Shown piece after piece: positions 10,721-21,400 of a stretch of DNA of 32,000 nt. The DNA comes from Zygophlyctis sp. KS116 (taxonomy: Eukaryota; Fungi; Chytridiomycota). Under the pieces are notes generated by a model. The model was not told where the DNA came from. It saw only the letters and a program-made list of their open reading frames with translations, and did not search any database. Both the position numbers and the translations under genes were made by a program. Numbering within the stretch: position 1 is the first letter of the stretch; every line of letters begins with the position of its first letter. The DNA is taken from the NCBI GenBank assembly GCA_054661495.1, contig BAAFSQ010000086.1:4808-36807 (forward strand), in the 5' to 3' direction.

Positions 10721-13536
10721 TTAGTTTGTTGGTTGGAAGCTAGAAGATAACATACCAGAGATATTGTTTGCCATTCTAATATTGATTCCCACAAAATTCA
10801 AAAACTGTACTGATACCAGTTTAGTAACCACAGAATGAGTTTGTAAAGAGGCTAAATTCAGAGATTTGGCGTTGAACAGACTTATAATGGGCTCGAAAAA
10901 CATTCCAAAAAGCTCAAACCATCCAATTTGCCAAACTGCCATTCTTGGTGCATCAGAAGGACTAATCCCAAGCCCAGTATCAACTTGTATTTTAACTCCA
11001 AATATAATGGCTGGAATAGTTACCAAGGAAATATCGGTAAATGCACGCTAAAAATTAGATATACCAAACTTACAGGTTTTCCGCTCAAAAAATAGTGATT
11101 GGGATTTAATTGTCCAAGTACACTTCGGACCATTTTTATGACCAATTCAATAACCCAGGAATACCAATTTCCAAAAAACATTGGATCTGGATGATTAAGT
11201 GAATATTTCATTTCTTCTGCGTCAATGTGATCCAGTTGATTAATCGGATATGCAGGGATGGCAGCAATAACTTGAAACAAAGACTGCATTATCTGCGGAT
11301 ATTCAGTAAGTTTTCCTGGGTTATTAACAGATGACATCTTATCGGCCACTCTTTGGTATTTATGATTTCTAAAATCCTCCATTTCTAATGTAATACAGAA
11401 AGCACCATTCATTAACATATATGCCATCAAGTTGGTACATCGTTGCATCCAATCATAGATTCCCAATCGATGATCTTGCAGCTCTTGATTATCCATCGCA
11501 TAGGTACGATTATCATGATTCCAAGTGTGGAGTAGTAACTCTGGGTTAGAAGAGCCGCTGAGAACCTCAACATCAACTGCTGTAAATGGTGCATTCTGAT
11601 TATAGAGTAAGTACTGATAGGTTCCAAGTAGACCACCCAAGAAACAAAGAATGTCCAGAAGCGATAAGTCAGATTTTTGCCTATTAAATAAAATCACTAG
11701 AATTATTACCCAAATTTTTTTGCCCAAAAATCATGTAAAAATGGAATCTTCAGGGGAATAATCATAAACTTCAATGCCATATTCCAATATAATGGAACTA
11801 TTTGCATCAGTGAACCTAATAGATGTCCAGTTACATGTTCAACTCCAAGAAAAGCTGATCGAAGTAGATTCAAAATCTTTGATAGGCCCATATTCGCGAA
11901 TGAAGTATTTGGTCCAAATTTAAGTTTTGGCATCGAAAAAGATTGAAATTCATCCATGTCAAATGCCTTTCCTATATCATGTCCTGCGTCCTGACAGACC
12001 TTTATAATACTTTCAACCAGAGACTTTGCCTCTTGATCCATTACTAAATTCGGTAAACTATTCACGATCCGATCTTGTAACATAAATGTATTTGCATCTG
12101 CTTCCATACTTTCCATATCTTTATAAGTCTTCACAAACTGTGCTTGCGCAGAACCTTTTGCCAATTTAGAAGAACTAGCAAAGCTCAAATCTTTCACGCC
12201 AAGTTTTTTCATTGCCTTTTTAAAGCTGCGGTCAGAATAGCGAGTAAAATTCTTCAAACTTTCCATATATATATCCTTTGCTAGATCTATCCCAAAAAGT
12301 GACAATGGCGCTAATTTTCTATAAAATAGACTAAGAAACGCAGTAGAGTGTGAAATATCATCCCAACGAATCTTAGAAACCAAGGTCTCTATCAGCCTAC
12401 GAATAGCAATCCCAGATTTATGAAGGATTGTTACAACTGTTTGCCAGGCATTTTCTACAGTACTGATCAAATGATGTCTCCAGCCTTTCTTCTCATCACG
12501 AGCAAATAATACCATGTGCTTTTGGTTTGTCCGAGGATGTGAAAGAATGTGGTCATCCGATTCATGAACTACAAAAAAATCATCATTAGCCTCAAATCCA
12601 GAAATATTCAATGCATTAGCCAAACCAACTTGAGATTCACTGTCTTCCAAATCAGGATTTCCAACAAACGAACGCTTAAACAAATCTTTTTGGAGTGGTA
12701 AATCATCAACAATATAGGTCGTCAACTTGTTTTTGACAGAATCATACTTGAGTCCACTATGTTCGGACAGAGGTTTATCTTGCACCCCAGACCCACCTTC
12801 CACCCCAAACTTGATTCTAGCATTTGGTAATGGGGCATGAGATCCAGAGAAAATTAAAGATAAAGAAGAGACCATAGAATGAGCAAAAGCATCATTTAAT
12901 GACGGTTCAATAGCCATCAACTGTGAAGGTGTAACATGAGCCAACTTGTGTAAAATAGGAGAATCAATATGCGCAACGACCCTAACCATGAATTCTGGAA
13001 CCTTACCATTGATCTTTGGACATTGCAGCGCTCTGAATGAAGAGCGGAGGAAACAAATGATCAAGAGACTCTACTCCATCTAGCGGAATTGAAAAAGAAA
13101 CTCTCCCAAGCAAATTTGTCACAAAACTCTGAGATTCATCAGATGATAAACTGCAGTCATCAAAACCACCATTTCCCTGCTCAACAATGCAGGGTAAGGA
13201 AGATTGCGACTTGATTCTAATCAAATGTCCGGGAATCGGAGCTCTTTCATCCATCCCAGAATCAACAACCGAAACAATCACATGCAATGCCTTGGATAGC
13301 GACCATGGATGCTGTCCCTCCCATCCAAGTCCTTCTGATAACTCTGATTGGACTTGGATGATGGGAAGGGTATTAGGAGATTGAAGAAAGTCTGAATCTT
13401 TTGGCATGGCCAAGTATTCAAATGGTTTCCAATCTCCTTCAGATACTAATGCATCCGCTGAACCAAATAATATACTCAAGATCGTAGACATTCCTAGAAT
13501 AACCGAAAATGTCTCTGGTACATGCAAGTCTAGCAT
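10721..13536 (-). CDS. Large (~900 aa) uncharacterised, probably secreted protein, paralog A; introns 12982-13006, 11681-11709, 11048-11073
   Basis: Four ORF-track pieces join in frame through 25/29/26-nt GT-AG introns. The N-terminus is hydrophobic (start could be a downstream Met). Colinear with paralog B. Confidence 0.85.
12323..13362. repeat. ~1.04-kb near-identical block, copy 1
   Basis: Matches 15291-16330 (offset 2968). Translations are identical apart from one E/D change; the only mismatch I found is 13333 vs 16301. Confidence 0.93.
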
Positions 13537-13687
13537 TTTAATTACTTAGGGCTATGGTAGGTTTTGATTGTCGATTACAAGGAAAATTTATTCACTTTGC
13601 AACGACGAATTTTCGCTTTTTTCATGCGTGTTTGATCATGCTTTTTATGAAAAAAGGTCAAATTTTAGGTCAAGGTGTATTTTAGGT

Positions 13688-16480
13688 TTAAACATCCTCT
13701 GGCTGGAAACTCGATGAGAGCATTCCTGAAATATTATAAGCGATACGGATATTTATGGCCGCAAAGTTCATGGCTTGAATGGCCAAATGTTTGGCAACGA
13801 GAACATATGTACGAGATCTTTCACTTGACATTGTAACATATGGTAAAAGAGCCTCAAAATAATATCCTGCGATTTCAAACCATCCCATCCATAAAACAAC
13901 CTGGCGAGGATAGTCATTTTTTGCAATCTGTTTTCCCATATCATGCTGAATTCTTACACTCCAGAATGTAGTTGGCGCTAAAAGTTAAAAAAAATAGAAA
14001 ATACATACCTGCAACAAGAACTAAATCAGTTATAATTCTCTAATTTAATTAATATAAATGAAAATACCAATGGTCCTCCGACAAATGGATGATTGCTATC
14101 TACGGTTCCGACAATAGTTCTGACAGCTTTTGTAAATAATTCAATGACCCATGAATACCAGAGTTGCAGATATCTTGAATCTGGATTGTCAAGTGAATTT
14201 TGCAAAATAGTTGCATCGGTTGTTTCAAGTTGATTAATGGGATATGCTCCGATTGGGCCAACCATTTGAAATAATGAAATTAACATTTGTGGTCCATTTG
14301 TTAATTCCCCAGGATTCTCCATAGACGATATTTTTAATCCCTTTGCCAATCTTTGGTCATTACGACGATCCTCTACTAACAATGCTAAATCATATGCTCC
14401 ATTCATTAATGACCAAACCATCATATTGAGACATCTTTGGATCCAATCATAAATTCCAAGTCGGTGTTCCCGCAGTTCCGGCTGATCCATTGCGTAAGTT
14501 CTAGGATCTTTATTCCAAGTATATAAGAAAAGTTCAGGATTAGTTACACTATTTAATACTTCAATATCAGTTGCATCAAATGGCGCCTTCTTGTTAAATA
14601 TGCGATACTGATGTGCGCCATAAGAACCACCCAGTAAACAGAGAATATCAATTAATGATAATGAAGAACGATTACTTATTTTGAGAATAAAAAAATATTA
14701 CCCAAATCTCTTTGACCAAAAATCATACAAAAATGGAATCTTCAATGGTAGATTCATAAAAGATAGAGCTAAATTCCAGTAAAAAGGAACAAATTGCATA
14801 AGCGCCGCAAATAGATTACCTCCAACATGTTCAGCTGTAAGTAAAAAATTTCTTAAATACTGTAGAGCTTTAGCCAAATTAAGTTTCATGAGATGGTTTA
14901 GACTGGGAAGTTTCACTGAATTTGTATTAATCTTATTCATTTCATGATAATCGAATGAATTCTTTACTGAATCACCGGCTTCACGGCATACTTTGAACAA
15001 TCTTTCTAAAACAGTCTTATTACTATAATCCATGGAGATTTGTTTAATATTATTCACAAATCTATCATGAATCATCGCTGTATTAGCGTCCAGAGTCGGA
15101 TCATTCGTAATATTAGAAAATTGAGATTCTGCCTTTAATGACTGCTGGAAGTTGATATTGTTTACTCCCATTTTTCTTATCGCCTTTTGTATCAAATCAT
15201 CGGTATTATTTGCAATATTTTTCAAAGTCTCTCCGAAAATATCCCGAGCCATATCAAATCCTTTTAATGATAATGTACCCAACTTCCTCAAAAATAGACT
15301 AAGAAACGCAGTAGAGTGTGAAATATCATCCCAACGAATCTTAGAAACCAAGGTCTCTATCAGCCTACGAATAGCAATCCCAGATTTATGAAGGATTGTT
15401 ACAACTGTTTGCCAGGCATTTTCTACAGTACTGATCAAATGATGTCTCCAGCCTTTCTTCTCATCACGAGCAAATAATACCATGTGCTTTTGGTTTGTCC
15501 GAGGATGTGAAAGAATGTGGTCATCCGATTCATGAACTACAAAAAAATCATCATTAGCCTCAAATCCAGAAATATTCAATGCATTAGCCAAACCAACTTG
15601 AGATTCACTGTCTTCCAAATCAGGATTTCCAACAAACGAACGCTTAAACAAATCTTTTTGGAGTGGTAAATCATCAACAATATAGGTCGTCAACTTGTTT
15701 TTGACAGAATCATACTTGAGTCCACTATGTTCGGACAGAGGTTTATCTTGCACCCCAGACCCACCTTCCACCCCAAACTTGATTCTAGCATTTGGTAATG
15801 GGGCATGAGATCCAGAGAAAATTAAAGATAAAGAAGAGACCATAGAATGAGCAAAAGCATCATTTAATGACGGTTCAATAGCCATCAACTGTGAAGGTGT
15901 AACATGAGCCAACTTGTGTAAAATAGGAGAATCAATATGCGCAACGACCCTAACCATGAATTCTGGAACCTTACCATTGATCTTTGGACATTGCAGCGCT
16001 CTGAATGAAGAGCGGAGGAAACAAATGATCAAGAGACTCTACTCCATCTAGCGGAATTGAAAAAGAAACTCTCCCAAGCAAATTTGTCACAAAACTCTGA
16101 GATTCATCAGATGATAAACTGCAGTCATCAAAACCACCATTTCCCTGCTCAACAATGCAGGGTAAGGAAGATTGCGACTTGATTCTAATCAAATGTCCGG
16201 GAATCGGAGCTCTTTCATCCATCCCAGAATCAACAACCGAAACAATCACATGCAATGCCTTGGATAGCGACCATGGATGCTGTCCCTCCCATCCAAGTCC
16301 GTCTGATAACTCTGATTGGACTTGGATGATTGGAATATTTTGCAATTTCCTAGTAATGAATTCCGGATCATTTTCCACTGAAAGAAATTCAAATGGTTTC
16401 CAATCTTTCTCATTGGCATTAACAGAATCTGCATTGATCATGCAGTAGAAAATGATTAAAATAGGGAATGCATTCAACAT
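13688..16480 (-). CDS. Large uncharacterised, probably secreted protein, paralog B; introns 15950-15974, 14675-14701, 14040-14067, 13978-14008
   Basis: Signal-like MLNAFPILIIFYCMINADS. The spliced product aligns with paralog A through to the C-terminal NISGMLSSSFQP. It contains a 31-nt micro-exon (14009-14039). Confidence 0.85.
15291..16330. repeat. ~1.04-kb near-identical block, copy 2
   Basis: See 12323-13362. Confidence 0.93.
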
Positions 16481-16539
16481 ATTAGTTGACCAGAAGAACA
16501 AAAAAAACGAGAAAATTTTTCTTTCAAATTTTTATAGTT

Positions 16540-17631
16540 TTAGGGCTGATTAACAGTCCCACAATTGACTAGACACCCAGAGAATACTTTATTCAAAACT
16601 ATAGCTAGTCTATATCCACCTAAAATTACTATATGAAATAAAAATTACCTTTAGCAATCTGAAAATCAATAAATTCCTTTGAGTTTTCATAATAAGTTTT
16701 TCCAAAATCCTGATTTGGATCCTTTTCAAATCTATTCCAAACAATCGAACATCCAAATGAATTTTCCTCGTTCACCCAATCTACAATTGTTTGAAGATGA
16801 CCTAGAGAAGTTCTAGCCTGAAAGCTTAAATTCTCTACCCATGTTTCCTTTAGATCAGAATATATTCCATCTTCAAGTAATTCAGTCAAATACTGTGTAT
16901 AAACCGTGTCCGATCGATTAAAATCCAATTTTATATGTTTCTCAATCATTAGAGTATCCCATAGAGTATGAAAATTTCTAGAATGAGTATTATCAAATTG
17001 AATCTTGTCTTCATTCCCTCCCCGATCTAAATTTTATAAAAATCATGAATTATACCTCTTGAACAGAGATGAAGTGGTTGAACTAAATCTCCTATAAAAT
17101 GTACTAAAAATTTCAAAGCTATTGATTGTGTAGTATCATTATATACAAGAGTAGAATCAGTCAATTTACGAGAATTCCAAGCACCATGCTTGTGATTCTG
17201 ATGCTTGGCAAGCTTGGTAAATCTCAGCTGATCAGTGTAATTTGTAATTGCACCGACTAAACACTGTCCTTTTTGGATTAATTATGAGTAATATTACCGT
17301 TCGGACAATCTCTTTCATCTACATATCCGCAACTATAAGGAGGATTATCTTGAGAGTCAACATAATGATATGGGCCTGACCATCCAAAATTATGAGAAAT
17401 TCTTACTTGATCAGCCCAACTCTAGAATTAATTTTAATAAAATACCGCAATTTCAGAAATCTTTTGTTGACCTAAAATCTCAATGATTGCATTACTAGTT
17501 TCATGATTTATAAAAGACTCTGCTACTCTTGCAATCGCTGCATGGCCTAGATTTATAAGTTTAAAAGTACCTGTATGACCCCAAGATTGTACAATACTTG
17601 TAAAGCAAATTAAGAATGCGATAATCAGCAT
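16540..17631 (-). CDS. Secreted S1/P1 nuclease; introns 17547-17570, 17422-17445, 17269-17297, 17027-17055, 16620-16648
   Basis: Signal peptide, then WGHTGH, ASWADQVR, HYVD, CLVGAITNYT, ALKFLVHFIGDLVQPLH, RGGN, FHTLWD and IAKGGYRLA. Alternative in-frame starts at 17652 and 17673. Confidence 0.93.
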
Positions 17632-17691
17632 TTGAACACGTTTAATCAGCATTTGAACACGTTTAATCAGCATTTGAACACGTTTAATCAG
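17622..17691. repeat. 21-bp tandem repeat x3.3 spanning the nuclease start codon
   Basis: Unit TAATCAGCATTTGAACACGTT at 17622, 17643 and 17664, plus a partial TAATCAG. Confidence 0.95.
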
Positions 17692-17775
17692 ACGCTTGAA
17701 AATCAAACTAGTTGTAGGACTGTTCATAGTTCCAGATTTAGCTCAAAATTTAAAGTGCAGGATAGAATAACTACT

Positions 17776-17805
17776 AATCATGAAAATCATGAAAATCATG
17801 AAAAT
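17776..17805. repeat. 9-bp tandem repeat (AATCATGAA)x3
   Basis: Seen directly in the intergenic gap. Confidence 0.85.
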
Positions 17806-17821
17806 AAAGATAATGTATTTT

Positions 17822-18397
17822 TTATAGAAATCTACTAAGAGACTCCTGAGACTGACAAGATTCAATTGTTAGGGCAGATTTGGGTTTTGATAATTCTTTC
17901 AAAGATTTCTTGATTGATAAATCAGTAAAAATAGAGTCATATTCAGGAGAAGGGGGTAAAATATAATAAGGAACAGGGGTTTGTGTTCGTGAAGATTCTA
18001 AAGAAACTCGTTCTTGCATTGAGCCTAATCCAGAAGCTGATTCTAAAAAAATTGATGGTATTCCTTTTAAGTGACTCTGATGTCTTCTCCTCCTCCTAGC
18101 AACAAAGCCTAAAAGTAGACCTAAAATCAAAAGACTAGAAACGAGTAAAAGAGTAAAATGCAAAAAATTGAATCCCATACTTTGTCTTGTAATGATGGCA
18201 GTCTCTTGAGATTGTTTGGATATAATAGGGCCTATATTCCCTGAATGTTCTTTAGAAAGATTAATTCTTGATAATTGTCTTCCATTATTCCTGTAAATGT
18301 TCCTGTCAGATATATGTTGTTTGATTGGAGAATGATTGATTTCTGTAAGGGTTGCACCAGAGACTGTACATAATAAAGAAAGTTTAGCTAATTTCAT
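17822..18397 (-). CDS. Hypothetical single-pass type I membrane protein (191 aa)
   Basis: Signal-like N-terminus, a hydrophobic helix followed by the basic stop-transfer RRRRR, and a Ser/Pro-rich tail. Confidence 0.65.
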   Translation of the reverse strand: MKLAKLSLLCTVSGATLTEINHSPIKQHISDRNIYRNNGRQLSRINLSKEHSGNIGPIISKQSQETAIITRQSMGFNFLHFTLLLVSSLLILGLLLGFVARRRRRHQSHLKGIPSIFLESASGLGSMQERVSLESSRTQTPVPYYILPPSPEYDSIFTDLSIKKSLKELSKPKSALTIESCQSQESLSRFL

Positions 18398-18686
18398 TTT
18401 AAGCTTTTGCTTTGTGGAAAATTTTCGTGGAAGAAATGAAAATTTTAGATAAAGTTGACAGCCGAGATCCCGATTCTCCTTACCGGGTAAAAGGTGTCTA
18501 AAGTCAGAACTCTAACCTAGATTCAAACCTAGGGCAGAATCAAAGTTTCGGACTTGAGTTTTAATGAGATTTCCACTCGGCAATTTTAATTTATGTACCA
18601 AGTTTTAATTGAGATCATTTCCACAAGTATGGGTTATTCCATAGCACAACATTGAACGAATGCAGCATTATTTTTGAAAGTAACAA

Positions 18687-18940
18687 GATTATCTCAATAC
18701 AAGGATTATCTAGAAGGCTATGATAATATTCTTTAAAAAAACTAATTCATTTATTTACTCTTTAAAATATTATTTATCTCTCTACTACATAACCCATGTC
18801 ATCCATAGTAAATTCGTCACTTTGCTTACTTCATCCTGAGGTGAAACGTTACTTTGCTTATGTCATTCCGGACAAATAAAAAAGCTACTGATTGAGCTTC
18901 ATTTAGTCTCTGGAATTTTTATTGAGTTCCCCGCAATAGA
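18687..18940 (+). repeat. ORF-less composite of cassette flanks A + degenerate B + C + D
   Basis: A at 18687-18808. TTTGCTTACTTCATCC and TTTGCTTATGTCATTCCGG (18821-18871) resemble TTTGCTCACGTCATCCGG at 9622. C at 18891-18922 and the right half of D at 18914-18940. Confidence 0.85.
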
Positions 18941-18987
18941 TTGTCCAATCAAAATAGGCAACGATCAATTACATCAACTAGAAATTA

Positions 18988-20159
18988 ATGATTAAAGTTT
19001 TACTCTTTTAACAATTTACCAATCCAAATCTAGTACTTTCCAGATTAAATTCAATCGACCTGAAGGAATTTTAATCTGTCATTTAGCAAAAAATTATCTA
19101 AATGGTGTTGCTTCATATCCTGTATCAGATTTAACCCATCAAAATGCACCTGTTCATAGAGCTTATTGCTATGAATCTCAACCAGCTGATAGAAAATCCA
19201 TGTCTTTAAAAAGTGATTCACTGCAGAAGAAAAAGAGCACCCAAAAATTATTAGAAAATTCTAATACATACAAAGATACAGCCTTGAATAATTAACTTTT
19301 AGATTCTCTAAGCAAGGAAAGTGAATCTAGTCTAAGCCGTGAAAGAGGAATGAAACTATCCAGGAAAATCTTTCGAATTCTTAATCTCATTAGAGCCATA
19401 GCTGTTGCAATATACGCATTTGTTCCAACTTCAAAACAGTTAGAAAACAATGACGTGATTGCTTTAGGGGCAAAGAATTTGCTCATCACTTCACTTGTTT
19501 TTGCTGCATTTGACGTTGCTGTAGCTTTTATCAGACTCTTCCCCCAATATTTCTGGTATTTCTGGGATGTCAAAAATTGGGATCCTGTAAATTAAAGTTA
19601 CTAATTCCTAGTTTGCAAAGACATATACAGTTCGGGCTATCATTGAAATCATGATCTAATTATTGACATTATTCCAGTTCTACTTAATATGATTGTTCGT
19701 ATTTACATGTACAGAATGTCCGAAATCCTCGCAAATCCCTCAATTCAAGATAGTATCTACAACATTTCTATTTCTATAAGCCAAGTGAATGATATTTTCA
19801 AATATCAGAATTTAATAATTCTCATGTGCTTTGTTGCTACTTTAGTGTATACCATTGCCTTTCATGCAGCATCAGTAATGTTTTACTTATCTTGGGACAA
19901 AAAAGCAACAATTCTAGGATTTTTAGTCTTTTTAAAGAGTTTACTTCTTTTGTTTGATATTTTAACGAATGGAATGCTTTTATACAAAGTACTTGTATTT
20001 AAAGGAATTGATCTTTTTGATTTACATGGACTTTTAGGATTTACAATTTCTATTGTTGCGCCGTCTCCTATAATAACCTTGGTGACAAATGGTATCATTT
20101 CATTTATACTTTTACTTGTAGGCCTTGTAAATATTCTTCTTCACTACTTCATTTGCTAA
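18988..20159 (+). pseudogene. Probable pseudogene of a multi-pass membrane protein
   Basis: ATG at 18988 gives MIKVLLF, then needs a frameshift (~19006) to enter a ~95-codon frame. An in-frame TAA at 19293 lies inside an intron-like 27-nt segment (19276-19302) with an AT instead of GT donor. A canonical intron sits at 19587-19611, a second frameshift near 19646, and several hydrophobic helices follow. Confidence 0.55.
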
Positions 20160-20192
20160 TAATGCCAATAGAAAAATACCGTCATCCAGCAT

Positions 20193-20249
20193 GTCATCCG
20201 GCGGGACAGCAACGGATATAAAAGGAGCTGATTATGGGTGGGACATCTT
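20193..20249 (+). promoter_or_regulatory. Shared 57-bp promoter module B (copy 2)
   Basis: 55/57 identical to 9631-9687; preceded by an extra GTCATCC at 20181. Confidence 0.8.
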
Positions 20250-20257
20250 CTAAAAAA

Positions 20258-20845
20258 ATGAAATCATCTCTCTTCTGTCTTTTGGTTGCTTTACTCTCCA
20301 TGGCTGGGAATGTTCAAGCTGTATGTACAGCGTGTGAAACTAATCAGTATTGTACAGGGAGTAAATGTAAGAACAAAAAAAATGGAGGGGGTAGTTGCGC
20401 TAATAAAAAAGAGTGCTTCTCCGACAATTGTATTAATGGCCAATGCGGATGTACCAAAACATGCATTTCAGGCCTAACTTGTATTAACGGAAAATGTGAA
20501 GAGAAAAGAAAATCCGGCGGCTATTGCGATAATGACAATATGTGCAAATCTGGCAAATGTTTATCGTCGACAAAGAAATGTGTTGACTGTAAGGTACAAG
20601 CCGACTGCCCAAAAGACAAAGCTTGTATTGATTGGGAATGTGTTCGATTCGACAAACAAGAAATCGGCTCCTATTGCCAAAAAAATTTTTGGTGCAAATC
20701 TAACAATTGTTCCGACGACGATAGATGTATTGGTACAAAAAAAAATGGGGCAACATGCGATAGAAACTCTGACTGCGCTTCAAACCATTGCCAGCATTAT
20801 GGAAATTCGGACGGAGTTAATGTACCGAGTAGATGCGTGCCTTAG
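20258..20845 (+). CDS. Secreted Cys-rich protein, 7 x four-Cys modules, intronless
   Basis: Signal peptide MKSSLFCLLVALLSMAGNVQA and 28 Cys in the mature part (e.g. GGSCANKKECFSDNC, GATCDRNSDCASNHC). The upstream ATG at 20234 lies inside the promoter module and is TTG in the other copy. Confidence 0.88.
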   Translation: MKSSLFCLLVALLSMAGNVQAVCTACETNQYCTGSKCKNKKNGGGSCANKKECFSDNCINGQCGCTKTCISGLTCINGKCEEKRKSGGYCDNDNMCKSGKCLSSTKKCVDCKVQADCPKDKACIDWECVRFDKQEIGSYCQKNFWCKSNNCSDDDRCIGTKKNGATCDRNSDCASNHCQHYGNSDGVNVPSRCVP

Positions 20846-20868
20846 GGTTAAAATGCGAAAAAAGACAA

Positions 20869-20907
20869 AATTAACTTTCTACGATTTATATATTTTATTT
20901 GAGTTCC
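20869..20907 (+). repeat. 3' flank element D (copy after Cys-rich gene 2)
   Basis: 37/39 identical to the reverse complement of 4020-4058. Confidence 0.88.
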
Positions 20908-20940
20908 AACATGAGTTTTAGTATAACTGATATTTGATTA

Positions 20941-21400
20941 TTTGAATTTAGTAGTCAAATTCAAATTGTGTTTCTCAAATGATTTGATGGCTATTTGGCA
21001 GGGATTGGAAAAAATGAGTACTGCTGAATGATTTAGCTGCAGCATTTTAACATGTTCAAGTGTAAATACTTGCAAAGGACTATCGACAAGATTCAATGAA
21101 GGAATTGAAACTCTTATATCTTACAAAACTTTTCTTGAATGTCTCAAATAGTTTATTTGAAATTATTTGTTATTTGAAGTCGAATTCAAATATAATGAGC
21201 CCATATTTGAATTTGACTCAAATTCGTAGTCCAAGTAAACCTCATGACAGACACTTTTCGGATGTGAATGTGCTTGGAATGGATTATTTGTCGGATAATA
21301 TGCCTTTTTTTTATTTATCAGCAATAGACAAACGGTATAAACTTTATAAAGTCTGTTGAAAAGATTTCTGGTCATAATTAATGATTCCATATGAAAATGG
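20941..21400 (+). pseudogene. Possible decayed coding remnant (restriction-endonuclease-fold-like, uncertain)
   Basis: Broken frames give FDGYLAGIGKNEYC*, KDYRQDSMKELKLL and VNVLGMDY...FFYLSAIDKRYKLYKV, with multiple stops and frameshifts. Family resemblance is by recall only. Confidence 0.25.

Noticed and set aside
12982-13064. Overlapping ORFs in different frames (also 15950-16032), suggesting programmed frameshifting
   Set aside because: A canonical 25-nt GT-AG intron (GTAAGG...TTAG) joins the frames; the same holds for the other apparent frameshifts in conserved genes.
17622-17691. Short repeats as a possible CRISPR array
   Set aside because: Units are head-to-tail with no spacers, the context is eukaryotic, and there are no cas genes.
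3921-20850. Scattered telomere-like words (CTAAACCTAA 3921, AACCTAG ~18514, TTAGGGTTA 20842)
   Set aside because: Single short copies in AT-rich DNA; no tandem array, and I could not show enrichment.
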